This document shows positions 38,001-50,910 of a stretch of DNA of 64,000 nucleotides, piece by piece. The DNA comes from Nitrospirales bacterium. GTDB lineage: Bacteria > Nitrospirota > Nitrospiria > Nitrospirales > UBA8639. Made by a program: the position numbers and the translations under genes. The DNA is taken from the NCBI GenBank assembly GCA_965203295.1, contig CBDBCZ010000014.1:896001-960000 (forward strand), written 5' to 3'. Position 1 is the first letter of the stretch, and the number at the start of each line of letters is the position of its first letter. The notes below the pieces were generated by a model. That model saw only the letters and a list, made by a program, of their open reading frames with translations. It was not told the origin of the DNA and made no database searches.

Positions 38001-40240
38001 GTGGTATGGTTGTGTCTACCACGGTATACTTGAGTATACACGTGTATACTTTTGTATATAAATGTAGATACCCGAGTATACCTCTTTATACTAGTGTATA
38101 CTTGTGCATTCCGGTATTTACTTGTGTATACAAATGTAGATACCCGTATATACCAGTTTATACCTGTGTGTACTTATGCAAACCTGAGTATACTTCTGCA
38201 CTCGAGCGTATACCCACGTATACTTGTGTATACCTGTGTTAACTCGTGTGTACAATTTTAGGTACCCGTGTGTACCTATTTATACTTGTGTATACTTGTT
38301 TATGTCTGTGTATACAGGTCCATATTGTGTATACTTGCGTATACTTGTGTATGCCTGGGTTTACTCGAGTATACAAATGTAGATATCCGTGAATACCGCT
38401 TTATGCCTTTGTATACTTCCGTATACCTGTGTATACATGTGTGTACTTGTGTTTACTTGTGTAAACACGTGTAAACACGTGTAAACACGTGTAAACTTGA
38501 GTTTACTTGTGTATACCTGTGCATACATGTGTATATACGTGTAAACTTGTGTAACCTTGTATATACCGGTGTAATCTGATGTAGGCATACCTGTGTATTC
38601 TTGTTTATATTTGTGTTTGTTGGTGTATGTATAACTGTGTATACTTGTGTATACACATGTATAATTGTGTATACTTGTGTAAAACCGTGTTTAATGGTGA
38701 ATTGTATCTGTGTATAGTTGTTAACCCGTGTATACTTTTGTATTCCCATGTATACATCTGTATTCCTGTGTAAGCTTGTGTATATCCGTGTATATACTTA
38801 ATTAGTCGTTTTTACTTGTGAATACTTGTGTAAACACGTGTACTTGTGTATACTGCCTTCTCTTTTATTCTTTCAGGATATGGTAGTTCATGACTAGCCC
38901 ATTTTTATGGCTCGCTGGCATCACCAGAAGGGCTATACACTCTGTGATGTGTGTCAGGAATTTGGAATGCTAGCTTCCAGAGTATCCGAATAACAGCTCA
39001 TATCTGGAGATAAAAGTATGTTAACAAAGGATAGGTAATGTAGATACCTTTGTATATATCTTTATACCGGTTCATATAGTGTATACCTGTTTATACATTT
39101 GCACTCGTGTATAAACCCGCGTATACTTTGGAATACCTGTGATTACCCTGGTATATAAATGTATATACTGTATACCTTTGTATACTTGTGTATACGAGTG
39201 CATACGTTTGTATACACGTGTACTTGAGTATACTTGTGTTTACTAGCGTATACAAATGTAAATACCCATTTATGCCTCTTTATACCTTTGTATACTTGTG
39301 TATTCCTTGCATACATGCTCACACGTTTGTATACCTGTTTTTACTAATATACACCTGTGTTTACTAGTGTATAAAACTGTAAATACCGTTTGTGTTTTTG
39401 TATACCTGTATATACAAGTCCATACGGGTGTATACCCAAGTATACTTGTGTATACCTGTTTACTCTCGTATACAAAATGTAGATACCCATGTGTACCCTT
39501 TTTATGCCTATGTATACTTGTATATATCAGTGTATACATGTGTATGCGCGATATATCTGTCTATTCTTGTGTTCATGAGGATGTTTATACCCTAGTATAC
39601 TTGTGCATACATGTTTAAACGTTTATACCTTTATATATACTCGTGTTAGCCTGTGTACCTGCGTATACCTTTGTATACATGTAAATACCTACGTATACGT
39701 GTGTATACCATTTTTTAAACTGTACCTGTTTATACACACTCACGCTTACGCATACTTGGTTTTACTCGTGTATAGCTGTGTATAACTATTCGTATACCTC
39801 TGTATATTTTTCTATTTTTTTGTATCCTTGTGTATAGCCGTGTATACCAGTGAATACTTGTTTACCTGTAGTATGGTTGTGTCTACCACGGTATACTTGT
39901 GTATACACGCGTAAACTTTAGTATAGTCGTGTATACTTGTGTATGCGCGCATAAACCTATGTATATTTGTGAGTAATGCCTTTTCTTTATCCTTTCAGGC
40001 AGCGGTAGTTCATGAATGACCTTGCTGGCCCATTTTTATGGCTCGCTGGCATCACAACAAGAGCCATAAGCTCAGTGATGTCTGTGTGTCATGAATTTGG
40101 AACACTAGCGTCCAAAAGTTATCAGATTACAGCTATCTTTGTATGCAGTTAACTAAGGACAAAAGAACGAACAAAGGGTAATGTACAAAAGATTAGGGTG
40201 GCTAATTAAATCTTTTTAATTGTGTATACCAACGATAATT
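32055..40240 (+). repeat. Left arm: 10-bp satellite (TATACYTGTG) in ~1.1-2.1-kb higher-order units, each with a ~190-bp non-satellite core
   Basis: Cores at ~33123, 35117, 37186, 38853 and (divergent) 39977. Confidence 0.95.
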
Positions 40241-40680
40241 GTATATAAAAAATAAAGGGAAAGAAAAAAAATTAAAAAAGGGAAATACAAAAAATGAAAA
40301 AAGAAATAAGGAAAAGGAAAAGAAAAATAAAAATGAAAAAATGTGAAAAGAAAAGCGAAAAAAAGAAAAGAAATTAATAAAAGAAAAAGAAAAAGAAAAA
40401 GAATAAAGGAAAAAATAAAAATTTGAAAAATAAAAAGAATGGAAAAGGAAAAGGAAGAAAAAGTAAATTAAAGGAAAGAAAAAAGAAAGAAAGAAGGAAA
40501 AGAAAAAGAAAACAATTTAATGAAAAGAAAAAGAAAAACGAAATAGAAAAGAAAAAGGAAAAGAAATAGAAAAGAAAAAGAAAAAGAAAAAATAAAAAGA
40601 AAAAGCAAGGAAAAAATAAAAAATTAACCGTTTACACCAAAAAAGAAAAAAAAAATTAAACAGCAAAAAAAAAGAAAAAT
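40241..40680 (+). repeat. A/G-rich low-complexity tract (mirror of 50315-50910)
   Basis: (GAAAA)n-like purine run; AATTAACCGTTTAC mirrors GTAAAGGGTTAATT at ~50358. Confidence 0.9.
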
Positions 40681-40681
40681 A

Positions 40682-40785
40682 GCATTTTCCGGGAATCGAA
40701 CCTGCGAATTTTCATTCAATAGCCTAGAACTTACCATACACACCATTGGCCTAGTAAGAATGTTGTGGCCAGAAAAGGCTTATAA
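40682..40785 (-). other. tRNA-derived Pol III-like cassette (TATA, A box, B box, T-run) facing outward to the left
   Basis: Reverse complement reads TTATAAG..~30 nt..AGGCCAATGGTGTGTATGGTAAG..GGTTCGATTCCCGG..GC, then T-runs. No intact cloverleaf. Confidence 0.6.
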
Positions 40786-40964
40786 ATCAGAAAAGATTTT
40801 TTGACGCATTTAAATGGTATTGGGAGTAAAATTTTAATTTAAAAAAAGGAAAAAATGAGATAAAAAAAGGAAAAAAAAAAAAAAAAAAATAGATGTGAAA
40901 ATAATGAAAAATGAAGAAAAAATAAAAAAACATGGAAAAAAAAAAAAAAGAAAGTGAAAAAGTC

Positions 40965-43900
40965 TAATACCTCTGTCGCGCCAATGCGAGTCAAAAAGCG
41001 AAATATCAAAAAAAATTTAGCTTCAAAAAATAATTATGCCCACAAACTCTCCCGGACAGGGTGTAGGGGCCGCTAACACCTCTCTTTTATTTGTCCATTT
41101 TTCAGCAAGTGTGAAATGGAGTTAAAATTTGGACAATAAAAAAAATTCTCGCAAACCTTGGTAAAATGCCGGAACCGATGACACCTCTCTATCACCTTTA
41201 CGACATCCACAAATCAAGATATTGAAGAAAATTTTTTAGATAAAATTAAAATGCTCGCATACCGTTTAGGGCACCGCGTTGGCACCGCTAACACCTCCCT
41301 TTTACTTGTTTGACCTCTAAAAATCGAATTATCGAAGAAAAATGTTATGGATCGAAAAACGAAAATGCTCGCGTACTTTTCAGGGTACTGCGTTGGTATC
41401 GTTGACACCTCCGTTTCACCTGCGCGACTTCCAATAATTGAGATATCGAAGTAAAATTTTTTCGACCGAAACACGAAAATGCACGCATACTGTTCAGGCC
41501 ACCGCATTGGTACTTTTTACAACTCCCTTTCGTCAGTGCGACCTCCAGAAATTGATATATCGAAGTAAAAATTTTTCGACCGAAAAACGAAAATGCTCTG
41601 ATACTGTTCAGGCCAACGCATTGGTACTTTTTACAACTCCCTTTCATCAGTGCGACCTCCAGAAATTGATATATCAAAGTAAAAATTTTTCGACCGAAAA
41701 ACGAAAATGCTCTCATACTGTTCAGGCCACCGCATTGGTACTTTTTACAACTCCCTTTCATCAGTGCGACCTCCTGAAATTGATATATTGAAGTAAAAGC
41801 TTCTCGACCGAAAAACGAAAATGCTCTCATACAGTTCAGGCCTCCGCATTGGTACCTTTTAAAACTCCCTTTCACCAGTGCGACCTCCAGAAATTGATAT
41901 ATCATAAAAAAAATTATTAGAAGGAAAAACGAAAATACTCGCAAACTGTTCAGGACCACGCGTTGGTACCGTTGACATCTCCCTTTAACCTGTCCGAACT
42001 GCAGAAATCGAGATATCGACAAAAAAAGTTTAGATCGAATAACGAAAAGGCTCGCACACATTTCAGGGCACCGCGTTGGTACCATTGACACCTCCCTTTT
42101 ACCTGTGCGACTTCAAGAAATTGAGATATTGACGAAAATTTTTTTGGAACAAATAAACGAAAATGAACGCATACTATTTATGGCTCAGGTTGGTACCGCT
42201 GACACCTCCCTTTCTCATGTCCGACCTCAAGAAATCGAGATATCAAAGAAATATTTTTTTGATTGAAAAAATGAAAATGCGCGCACACTATTCAGGGCTT
42301 AGCGTTGGTACCGCTGACACCTCCCTTTCACCTGTGCAACCTCCAGAAATTGAGATATCAAAAAAAAACTTTTAGTTCGAAAAACGAAAATGCTCGCATA
42401 CTTTTCAGGACACCGCATTGTTACCTTTTACACTTCCCTTTCACCTGTGAGATTTCCAGAAATTGAGATATTGAAAAAAACATTTTTTTACGGAAAAACA
42501 AAAATACTCCCAAACAGTTCAAGACACCGCATTGGTACCGTTGACATCTCCCTTTCACCTGTCAGACCTCTAGAAATCAAAATTTCGACAAAAAAATTAT
42601 AAACCGAAAAACGAAAAATGCTCGCATACTGTTCAGGGCACCGCTTTGGTACCTTTTACACCTCCCTTTTACGTGTACGACCTCAAGAAATGGAGATATT
42701 GACGAAATTATTTTGGAACAAATCAAACGAAAATGTTCGCATACTATTTATGGCTCAGCGTTGATACCGCTGACACCTCCCTTTCATCAGTCAGACCTCT
42801 AGAAATCGAAATATCGAGAAAAAAAATTTTAAATCGAAAAACGAAAATATTCGCATACTGTTCAGGGCACCGCTTTGGTACCTTTTACACCTCCCTTTTA
42901 CGTGTGCGACCTCAAGAAATGGAGATATTGACGAAATTTTTTTTGGAATAAATAAACGAAAATATACGCATACTATTTATGGCTCAGCGTTGGTACCGCT
43001 GACACCTCCCTTTCACCTGTGCGATCTCCAGAAATCGAAATATCAAAGAAATATTTTTTGGACCGAAAAAAAGAAAATGCGCGCATACTATTCAGGACTT
43101 TGCGTTGGTACTGCTGACACCTCCCTTTCACCTGTGCGACCTCCAGAAATCGAGATATCAAAGAAATATTTTTTGGACCGAAAAAATGAAAATGCGCGCA
43201 TACTATTCAGGACTTTGCGTTGGTACCGCTGACACCTCCCTTTCACCTGTGCGACCTCCAGAAATCGAGATATCAAAGAAATATTTTTTGGACCGTAAAA
43301 ATGAAAATGCGCGCATACTATTCAGGACTTTGCGTTGGTACCGCTGACACCTCCCTTTCACCTGTGCGACCTCCAGAAATTGAGATATCAAAGAAAAATT
43401 TTCTTGATCGAAAAACAGAAATACACTCAAACTGTTTGGGACACCGCGTTAGTACCGTTGACACCTCCCTTTCACATGTAAGACCTCTAGAAAACCAAAT
43501 ATCGACCAAAAAATTTTAAAGCGAAAAACGAAAATGCTCGCATATTGTTCAGGGTACCGCGTTGGTAACGATGACACTTCCTTTTAACCTGTGCGACTTC
43601 CAGAAATCCAGATATCTACAAAATATATTTTGGACAGTAAAAACGAAAACACACGCATATTATTCAGGCTCAACGTTTGTACCGCTGTTACATCCCTTTA
43701 ACCTGTGCGACATCCAGAAATTGCTATCGACGATTTTTTGGACCGAAAAACGTAAATGTTCGCATATTGTTCAGAGCACCGCGTTGGTACCGTTTACACC
43801 TCCCTTTCACCTTTAAAACCTCCTGAAATCGAGATATTGACAAAAAAAAATTTGACCTTAAAAACAAAAAATGCTCGCATTCTGTTTAGGGCACCGCGCT

Positions 43901-46900
43901 GATACCGCTGACATCTTTTTTCACCTGTTCAACCTCCAGAAATTGAGATATCGACAAAAAACTTTTGGACCTATAAACGAAAAATGCTCGCTTTCTATTT
44001 TGGGCACCACGTTGATAGCGCTGACACATCCCTTTCACCTGTGCTACCTACAGAAACCTTAATATCGAAAAAAAATGTTTTTGACTGAAAAAAAATGCTC
44101 GCATACTGTTCTGACACCACGTTTGTACCGTTGACATCTCCCTTTCACCAGTCCGATCAACAAACATTGACATATCGACGAAAACATTTTTAGACTAAAA
44201 AACGTAAATGCTCACATACTGTTCAGGGTACAGCTTTAGGACCTTCCTTTCACCTGTCCGTTAACCAGAAATCGAGATATCGACAAAATATTTTTAGATC
44301 CAAAAACGAAAAACCTCGTTTACTTTTTAGAGCAACGCGTTGGTAACGCTTACAACTCCCTTTCATCAGTGCGACCTCCAGAAATCGAAATGTCGACAAA
44401 AAAATTTTGCGGCAGAAAAACGTAAGTTCTCGCAAACCTTTCAGGGTACGGCATTTGTACTGCTGACCACTACCTTTCAACAGTGCGACCTCTAGAAATC
44501 AAGATATCGAAGAAAATTTTTTTAGATCGAAAAACAAATTCTCGCACACTGTTAAGGGCACAGGTTTGGTACCTCTGGCGACTTCCTTTCTCCTGTGTGC
44601 CTTACAAAAATTGAGATATCGACGAAAAATTTTTTGGACCTAAAACGAAAATGCTCGCAATCTTTTTAGGGCACCGCGTTGATACCGCTATCAACTCCCT
44701 TTCACCTGTGCAACCTCAAGTAACCTAAATATTGAAGAAAAGTTTTTTGACCGTTAAACGAAAATGCTCTCATACAGTTCACGGTACTGCGTTGGTACCG
44801 TTTAAACCTCCCTTTCACCAGACCAATCTCCAAAAATCGAGATATCAAAAAAAAAAATTTTTTGACCCAAAAACGAAAATGCTCTCTTACAATTTAGGGC
44901 ACCGCGTAGGTACTGATGACTCCTCCCTTTAACCTGTCAGATCTCCAGAAATTGTGATATCAAAGAAAAAATTTTTTGACTGAAAAACGAAAATGCTCTC
45001 ATACTATTTAGGGCACCGCGTTGGTTCTATTGACACCTCCCTTTCACCTGTCAGATCTCCAGAAATTGAGATATCAAAAAAAAATGACTGAAAAAAAAAT
45101 GCTCACAATCTTTTCTGGGCAATCGAGGTATCAAAAAAAAAATTTGACCAAAAAAAAATGCTCAATCTTTTCAGGGCAATCGAGATATCAAAAAAAAAAT
45201 TTGACCGAATAACAAAAATGCTCGCATACTGTTTAGGACACCGCGTTGATACCGCTGACATCTCCCTTACATCTAAGCGACCTCCAGAAACCAATATTTC
45301 GAAAAAAATTTTTTTGACCGAAAAACGAAAATGCTCGCATATTGTTCAGGGCACCGCTTTTGCACCGCTGACACCTTTCTTTCACCTATACAACCTCCAG
45401 AAATCGACATATCGAAAAAAAATTTGGGACCGAAAAACGAATGTGTTCACATACTGTTTAGGGCACCGCGTTAGCACAGCTGACACCTCCCTTTCACTTG
45501 TGCAACCTCCAGAAATCGTTATATCGACAGAAACGTTTTGGAACCAAAAAACGAATATTCTCGCATACTGTTTAGGGCACCGCGTTGGCACCGCTGACAC
45601 CTCTCTTTCACCATTGCAATCTACAGAAATCGACATATCGACAGAAAATTTTTGGTACTGAAAAACGAAAATGCTCGGTTACTGTTCAGGTACCGAAAAA
45701 CGAAAATGTTCGCATACTTTTCAGGGCTACGCGTTGGTACCGTTAACACTTTGTGCGAACTCGAGTAATCGAGATATCGACTAAAAACGTTTTTGACCGA
45801 AAAACAAAAAAGCTCGCAAACTGTTCAGAATACCACGTTGGTACCGTTGACACCTTTTCTCTTGTGCGAACTCTTGATCTCAAGATATCGACAAAAAAAG
45901 TTTTTTAACCGAATAACGAAAATGATCGCATACTGTTCTGGGCTCCGCGTTGGTACCGTTGACACCTTTCTTTACCTTGTGCGAACTCTAGTAATCAAGA
46001 TATCGACAAAAAAAGTTTTTAACCGAAAAACAAAAAATGCTCGAATACTGTTCAAGTTACCGCGTTGGTACCGTTGACACCTCCTTTTTACCTTTCCGTC
46101 CTCCAGAAATCAAAATAATGACAAAAAAATTTGGTTCGAAAAGTAAAAATGCTCGCATACTGTTCAGGGCACCGCGTTGGTACCTTTGATACCACCCTTT
46201 TTCTTGAACGAACAATTGAAACGTGATACTGACAAAAAAAAATTTACTGAATAACAAAAATACTCGCATACATTTCAGAACTCCGCGTTGGCACTGTTGA
46301 CACCTAATTTTCTCTTGTGCGAACTCTTGAACACGAGATATTAACAAAAAAAGTTTTGACAATAAAAATACTTGTGCGAACTCTTGAACTCGAGATATTG
46401 ACAAAAAAGTTTTTGACCAAATAACGAAAATACTCGCATACTGTTCAGGGCTCCGCGTTGGTACCGTTGACTCCTAACTTTTGCTTGTGCGAACTCTTTA
46501 ACTCGAGATATTGACAAAAAAGTTTTTGACCGAATAACAAATACTCGCATACTGTTCAGGGATCCGCGTTGGTACCGTTGATACCTAACTTTCCCTTGTC
46601 CAAACTCCAGAAATCGAGATATCGATTAAAAAAATTTGCATCGAAAAACGAAAATGCTTACACACTGTTAAGGGTACCGCGTTGGTATGGCCGACACCTT
46701 TTTTTCACCGGTGCAACCTCCACATATCAAGATATCGATAAAACATTTTTGGACCGAAAAACGAAAATGCTCTATACTGTTCAGGGTACTGCGTTGGCAC
46801 TACTGAAACCCTTTTACCTGTGCAACCTCCAGAAATTTACATATCAACAAAAAAAAATTGGGACCGAAAACGAAAATGCTCGCATAGTGTTTAGGCACAG

Positions 46901-49900
46901 CGTTGGCACCGCTGACACCTCACTTTTACCTTTGCAACATTCAAAAATCGACATATCGACAGAAACATTTTGGGACAGAAAAACAAAAATGCTCGTATAC
47001 TGTTCAGGGTACCGCGTTGGAACCGTTGACACCTCCTTTTCACCTGTGCGTCCTCCTGAAATCGAGATATCGACAAAACAAATTTCGACCTAAAAACGAA
47101 AATGCTCGCAAAGTGTTCAGGGCACCGCTTTGGTACCGTTGACAACTCTTTTTCCCTTGTACGAACTCTAGTAATCGAGATATTGACAAAAACTTTTTGA
47201 TCGAAAAACGAAAATGCTTGTATACTGTTCAGGGCACCGCGTTGGTACCGTTTACTCCTCCCTTTTCCTTGTGCAAACTTTAGAAATTGAGATATCGACC
47301 AAAAAGGTTTTGGATCGAAAAACGAAGATACCTGCATACAGTTCAAGGCATCGCGTTGGTACTATTGACGCCTTCCTTTAACCTGTGTAAACTCCAGAAA
47401 TCGAGATATCGTATAAAAAAATTTTGGAACTAAAAAAACAAAAGCTCGAATACTATTAAGGGTACCGTGTTTGTACCTTAGATTCCTCCCTTTTACCTGT
47501 CCGTCCTCCAGAAATCGAAATATCGACAAAAAAAATTTGGATCGAAAAACAAAAATACTCTCATACTTTTCAGGTCACCGCGTTCGAACCGTTGACACCT
47601 CTTTTTCTCGTGCGAACTCTAGAACTCGAGATATCGTCGTTGGTACCGTTGATACATAACTTTCCCTTGTGCGAACTCGAAAAATCGAGATTTTGACAAA
47701 AAAAGTATTGCACCGAAAAATTAAAATGTTTAGACACTGTTCAGGGTACAGCGTTGGTACGACTGCCACCTTCATTTCACCTGTGCGAGCTCAACATATT
47801 GAGATATCGAAGAAAAATGTTTTTGACCAAAAAAAGAAAATGCTCGTAAACTGTACAGGGCACTACGTTGGAAACGCCGACACCTCCCTTTCACATGTAC
47901 AACCTTCAGAAATAGACATATTGACCGAAACTTTTTACGACCGAAAGACGAAAATGCTCGCATACTGTTCAGGGTACCACGTTGGTACCGTTGACACCTA
48001 TTTTTCCCTTGTGCGAACTTCAGAAATCGAGATATCGACAAAAACAAAATTTCATCGAAAAACGAAAACCCAGACTGTTGAGGGTACCGTTGTTGGTACG
48101 GCTGACACATTCCTTTCATCGGTGCTACCAACACATATCGAGATATTGATGAAAAAATTTATTGTCCTAAAAAAGAAAATGCTTATAAACTGTTCAGAAC
48201 ACCGCGTTGGAACCGCCGTCACCTCCCTTTCACTTGACCGACCTCCAGAAATCGAGATGTCGACGAAAATTTTTTGGGCCAAAAAACGAAAATGCTCGCC
48301 CACTGTTTAAGGCATAGCATTGGGAAAACTGACACCTCCCTTTTACCTCTGCTACCTCAAAAAATTGAAAAATCGAAGAAACAGTTTTGGACGGAAAAAC
48401 GATAATGCTCGCATACAGTTCAGGGTACCGAGTTGGTACCGCTGACACCTCCCTTTCACCTGTGCAACTTCCATAAATCGCAATATCGAAGAAAAAAGTT
48501 TTTGACCTAAAAACGAAAATGTTCGCATACTGTTCAGAGTACCTCGTTGGTACCTCTGACACTTCCCTTTCACCTGTGCGACCTCAAAAAATCGAGATAT
48601 CGACGAAAAAATTTTTGGACCAAACAACGAAAACACTCGTATAATGTTCAGTGCACAGCGTTGGTACCGCTGACACCTCCCTTTCACCTGTGTGACCTCT
48701 AGAAATTGCGATATCGAAGAAAAAATTTTTGGACAGAAAAACGAAAGTGCACGCATACTGTTAAGGGTACCGCGTTGGTGCCTCTGACACTTCCCTTTTA
48801 CCTGTGCGACCTCCAAAAATCGAGATATCGACAAAAAAAATTTTGAATCAATAAGCGAAAACGCTCGTATAATGTTCAGTGCACAGCGTTGGTACCTCTG
48901 ACACTTCCCTTTCATCTGTGCGATCTCGAGAAATCAAGATATCGAAGGAAAAATTTTTGGATCAAACAACGAAAACGCTCGCATAATTTTCAGTGCACCG
49001 CGCTGGTTCCGCTGAAACTTTCCTTTCACCTGTACGACCTCAAAAAATCGTGATATCGACAAAAAAATTTGCACCCTAAAACGAAAGAGTTCCCATAATG
49101 TTTAGTGCACCGCGCTGTTTCCGCTGAAACTTTCCTTTCACCTGTCCGACCACAAAAAATCGAGATATCGACAAAAAAAAATTTGCACCCAAAAACGAAA
49201 ACGTTCGCAAAATGTTCAGTGCACCGCGTTGTTACTGCTGACACTTCCCTTTCCTGGTGCGACCTCCAGAAATCGAGATATCAAAGAAAAATTGTTTGGA
49301 CCTAAAAACAAAAATGCATGCACACTGTTAAGGGCACCTCTTTAGTATTGTTGACACCTACCTTTCACCTGTCCGAAATCCAGAAATCTAGATATCGACG
49401 AAAAAAGTTTTAGACCCAAAAACGAAAATGCTCGCATACTGTTCAGGGCACCGCGTTGGAACCACTGACACCTCCCTTTCACTTGTACGACATCTAAAAA
49501 TTGTGATATCGAAGAAAAAAATTTTTGACAGAAAAACGATAAAGCTCGCATACCGTTCAGGGCACTGCGTTTGTACCATTGATACCTCCCTTTTCTCCTG
49601 TTCGACCTCCAGAAATCGTGATATCGAAGAAAATTTTTTGGACAGAAAAACGAAAATGTACACATACTGTTCAGGTCAACGCGTTGGTACCGCTGACACG
49701 TCACTTTAACTTGTCCGTCCTCTAGAAATCGAGATATTGACGAAACATTTTTTGGACCGAAAAACGAAAATGTACGCATACTGTTCAGGTCAACGCGTTG
49801 GTACCGTTGACACCTCCCTTTTACTTGTCCGACCTCTAGAAATCGAGATATTGACGAAACATTTTTTGGACCGAAAAACGAAAATGCTAGGATACTGTTC

Positions 49901-50040
49901 AGGGCATCACGTTGGTACCGCTTAAACCTCCCTTTCACCTGTTCGACCTCCAAAAATCGAGATAGAGAAAAAAAAAATTTGGACCAAAAAACGAAAATGC
50001 TAGTATATTGTTCAGGTCACCGCGTTGGTACCGTTGACTT
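40965..50040 (+). repeat. Tandem array of roughly 75-80 copies of a 114-115-bp unit
   Basis: Consensus ~CTGTTCAGGGCACCGCGTTGGTACCGCTGACACCTCCCTTTCACCTGTGCGACCTCCAGAAATCGAGATATCGACGAAAAAATTTTTGGACCGAAAAACGAAAATGCTCGCATA. Period is 115 at 43105/43220 and 114 at 41531/41645. Confidence 0.95.
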
Positions 50041-50207
50041 TTTATTTTAATTTTTTTTCGTTTTATTTTTTCTTTCCTTATTTATTTTTTTATTTTATTT
50101 CTTATTTTCCATTTTATTTTTTCTATATTTTTTTTCTCTTTTTTCTTTTACTATTAATTAGTCTTTTACTCAATACCTCCTAAATATGTCAGAAAATCTA
50201 TTTTGGC

Positions 50208-50324
50208 TTATAAGCCTTTTCCGGTCACCACATCTTTACTAGGACTATGGTGTGTGTGGTAAGTTCTAGGCTATTGAACAAACATTCCCAAGTTCGATTC
50301 CCAGAAGGTGCACCTTTTTTTTTT
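50208..50324 (+). other. tRNA-derived Pol III-like cassette facing outward to the right
   Basis: TTATAAG (50208), TGGTGTGTGTGGTAAG A-box-like (50248), GTTCGATTCC B box (50292), T10 run (50315-50324). Confidence 0.6.
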
Positions 50325-50910
50325 CCACCGATTTAATTTTTTTTTTTTGCTTAGGCCGTAAAGGGTTAATTTTCTTTTTTCCTTCCTTTTTCTTTTATTT
50401 ATTTTTTCTTTTTCTTTTCTATTTCTTTTTCTTTTGAATATTTTTCTTTCCTTTTCTCATACTTTTTCTTTTTTTTTCTTTTTTCCTTTTTTCCCTCTTT
50501 TTCATTTTCTTTTTCTTTGCATTTTTCTCAATTATTTTTTCTATTTTATATTTCTTTTCCTTTTTTCTTTTTGCTTTCCTTTTAATTTCTTTTTTCGATT
50601 TTTATTCACATTTTCTTTTTTGGATTTTTTCTTTTTCTTTTTCCTTCGCTTTCCTTTTTTTTTCACTTTTTTGGTTTATTCTCTTTTTAAAAGTTTCTTT
50701 TTCCCTTTTCTATTCCCATTTTCCTTTTCTTTTGATTTTTTCTTTTTCTTTTTCCTTCGCTTCTTTCCTTTTTTCATTTTTTTGGTTTATTCCCTCTTTA
50801 AAAGTTTTTTTTTTTCGGTTTTCTTTTCACATTTTCTTTTTCTTTTGATTTTTTCTTTTTCTTTTTCCTTCTTTTTCCTTTTTTTCATTTTTTTGGTTTA
50901 TTCCCTTTTT
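50315..50910 (+). repeat. T/C-rich low-complexity tract
   Basis: Pyrimidine run with an internal ~100-bp duplication (TTTTTGGTTTATTC.. at ~50665, 50778, 50890). Confidence 0.9.

Noticed and set aside
41214..49953. Repetitive ORFs up to 248 aa (38-aa repeat)
   Set aside because: Unit length varies (114/115 bp with homopolymer indels), so the frame is not conserved; non-coding array.
40682..50312. Functional tRNA genes at 40682-40752 and 50241-50312
   Set aside because: Acceptor and anticodon stems do not pair; only promoter boxes remain.
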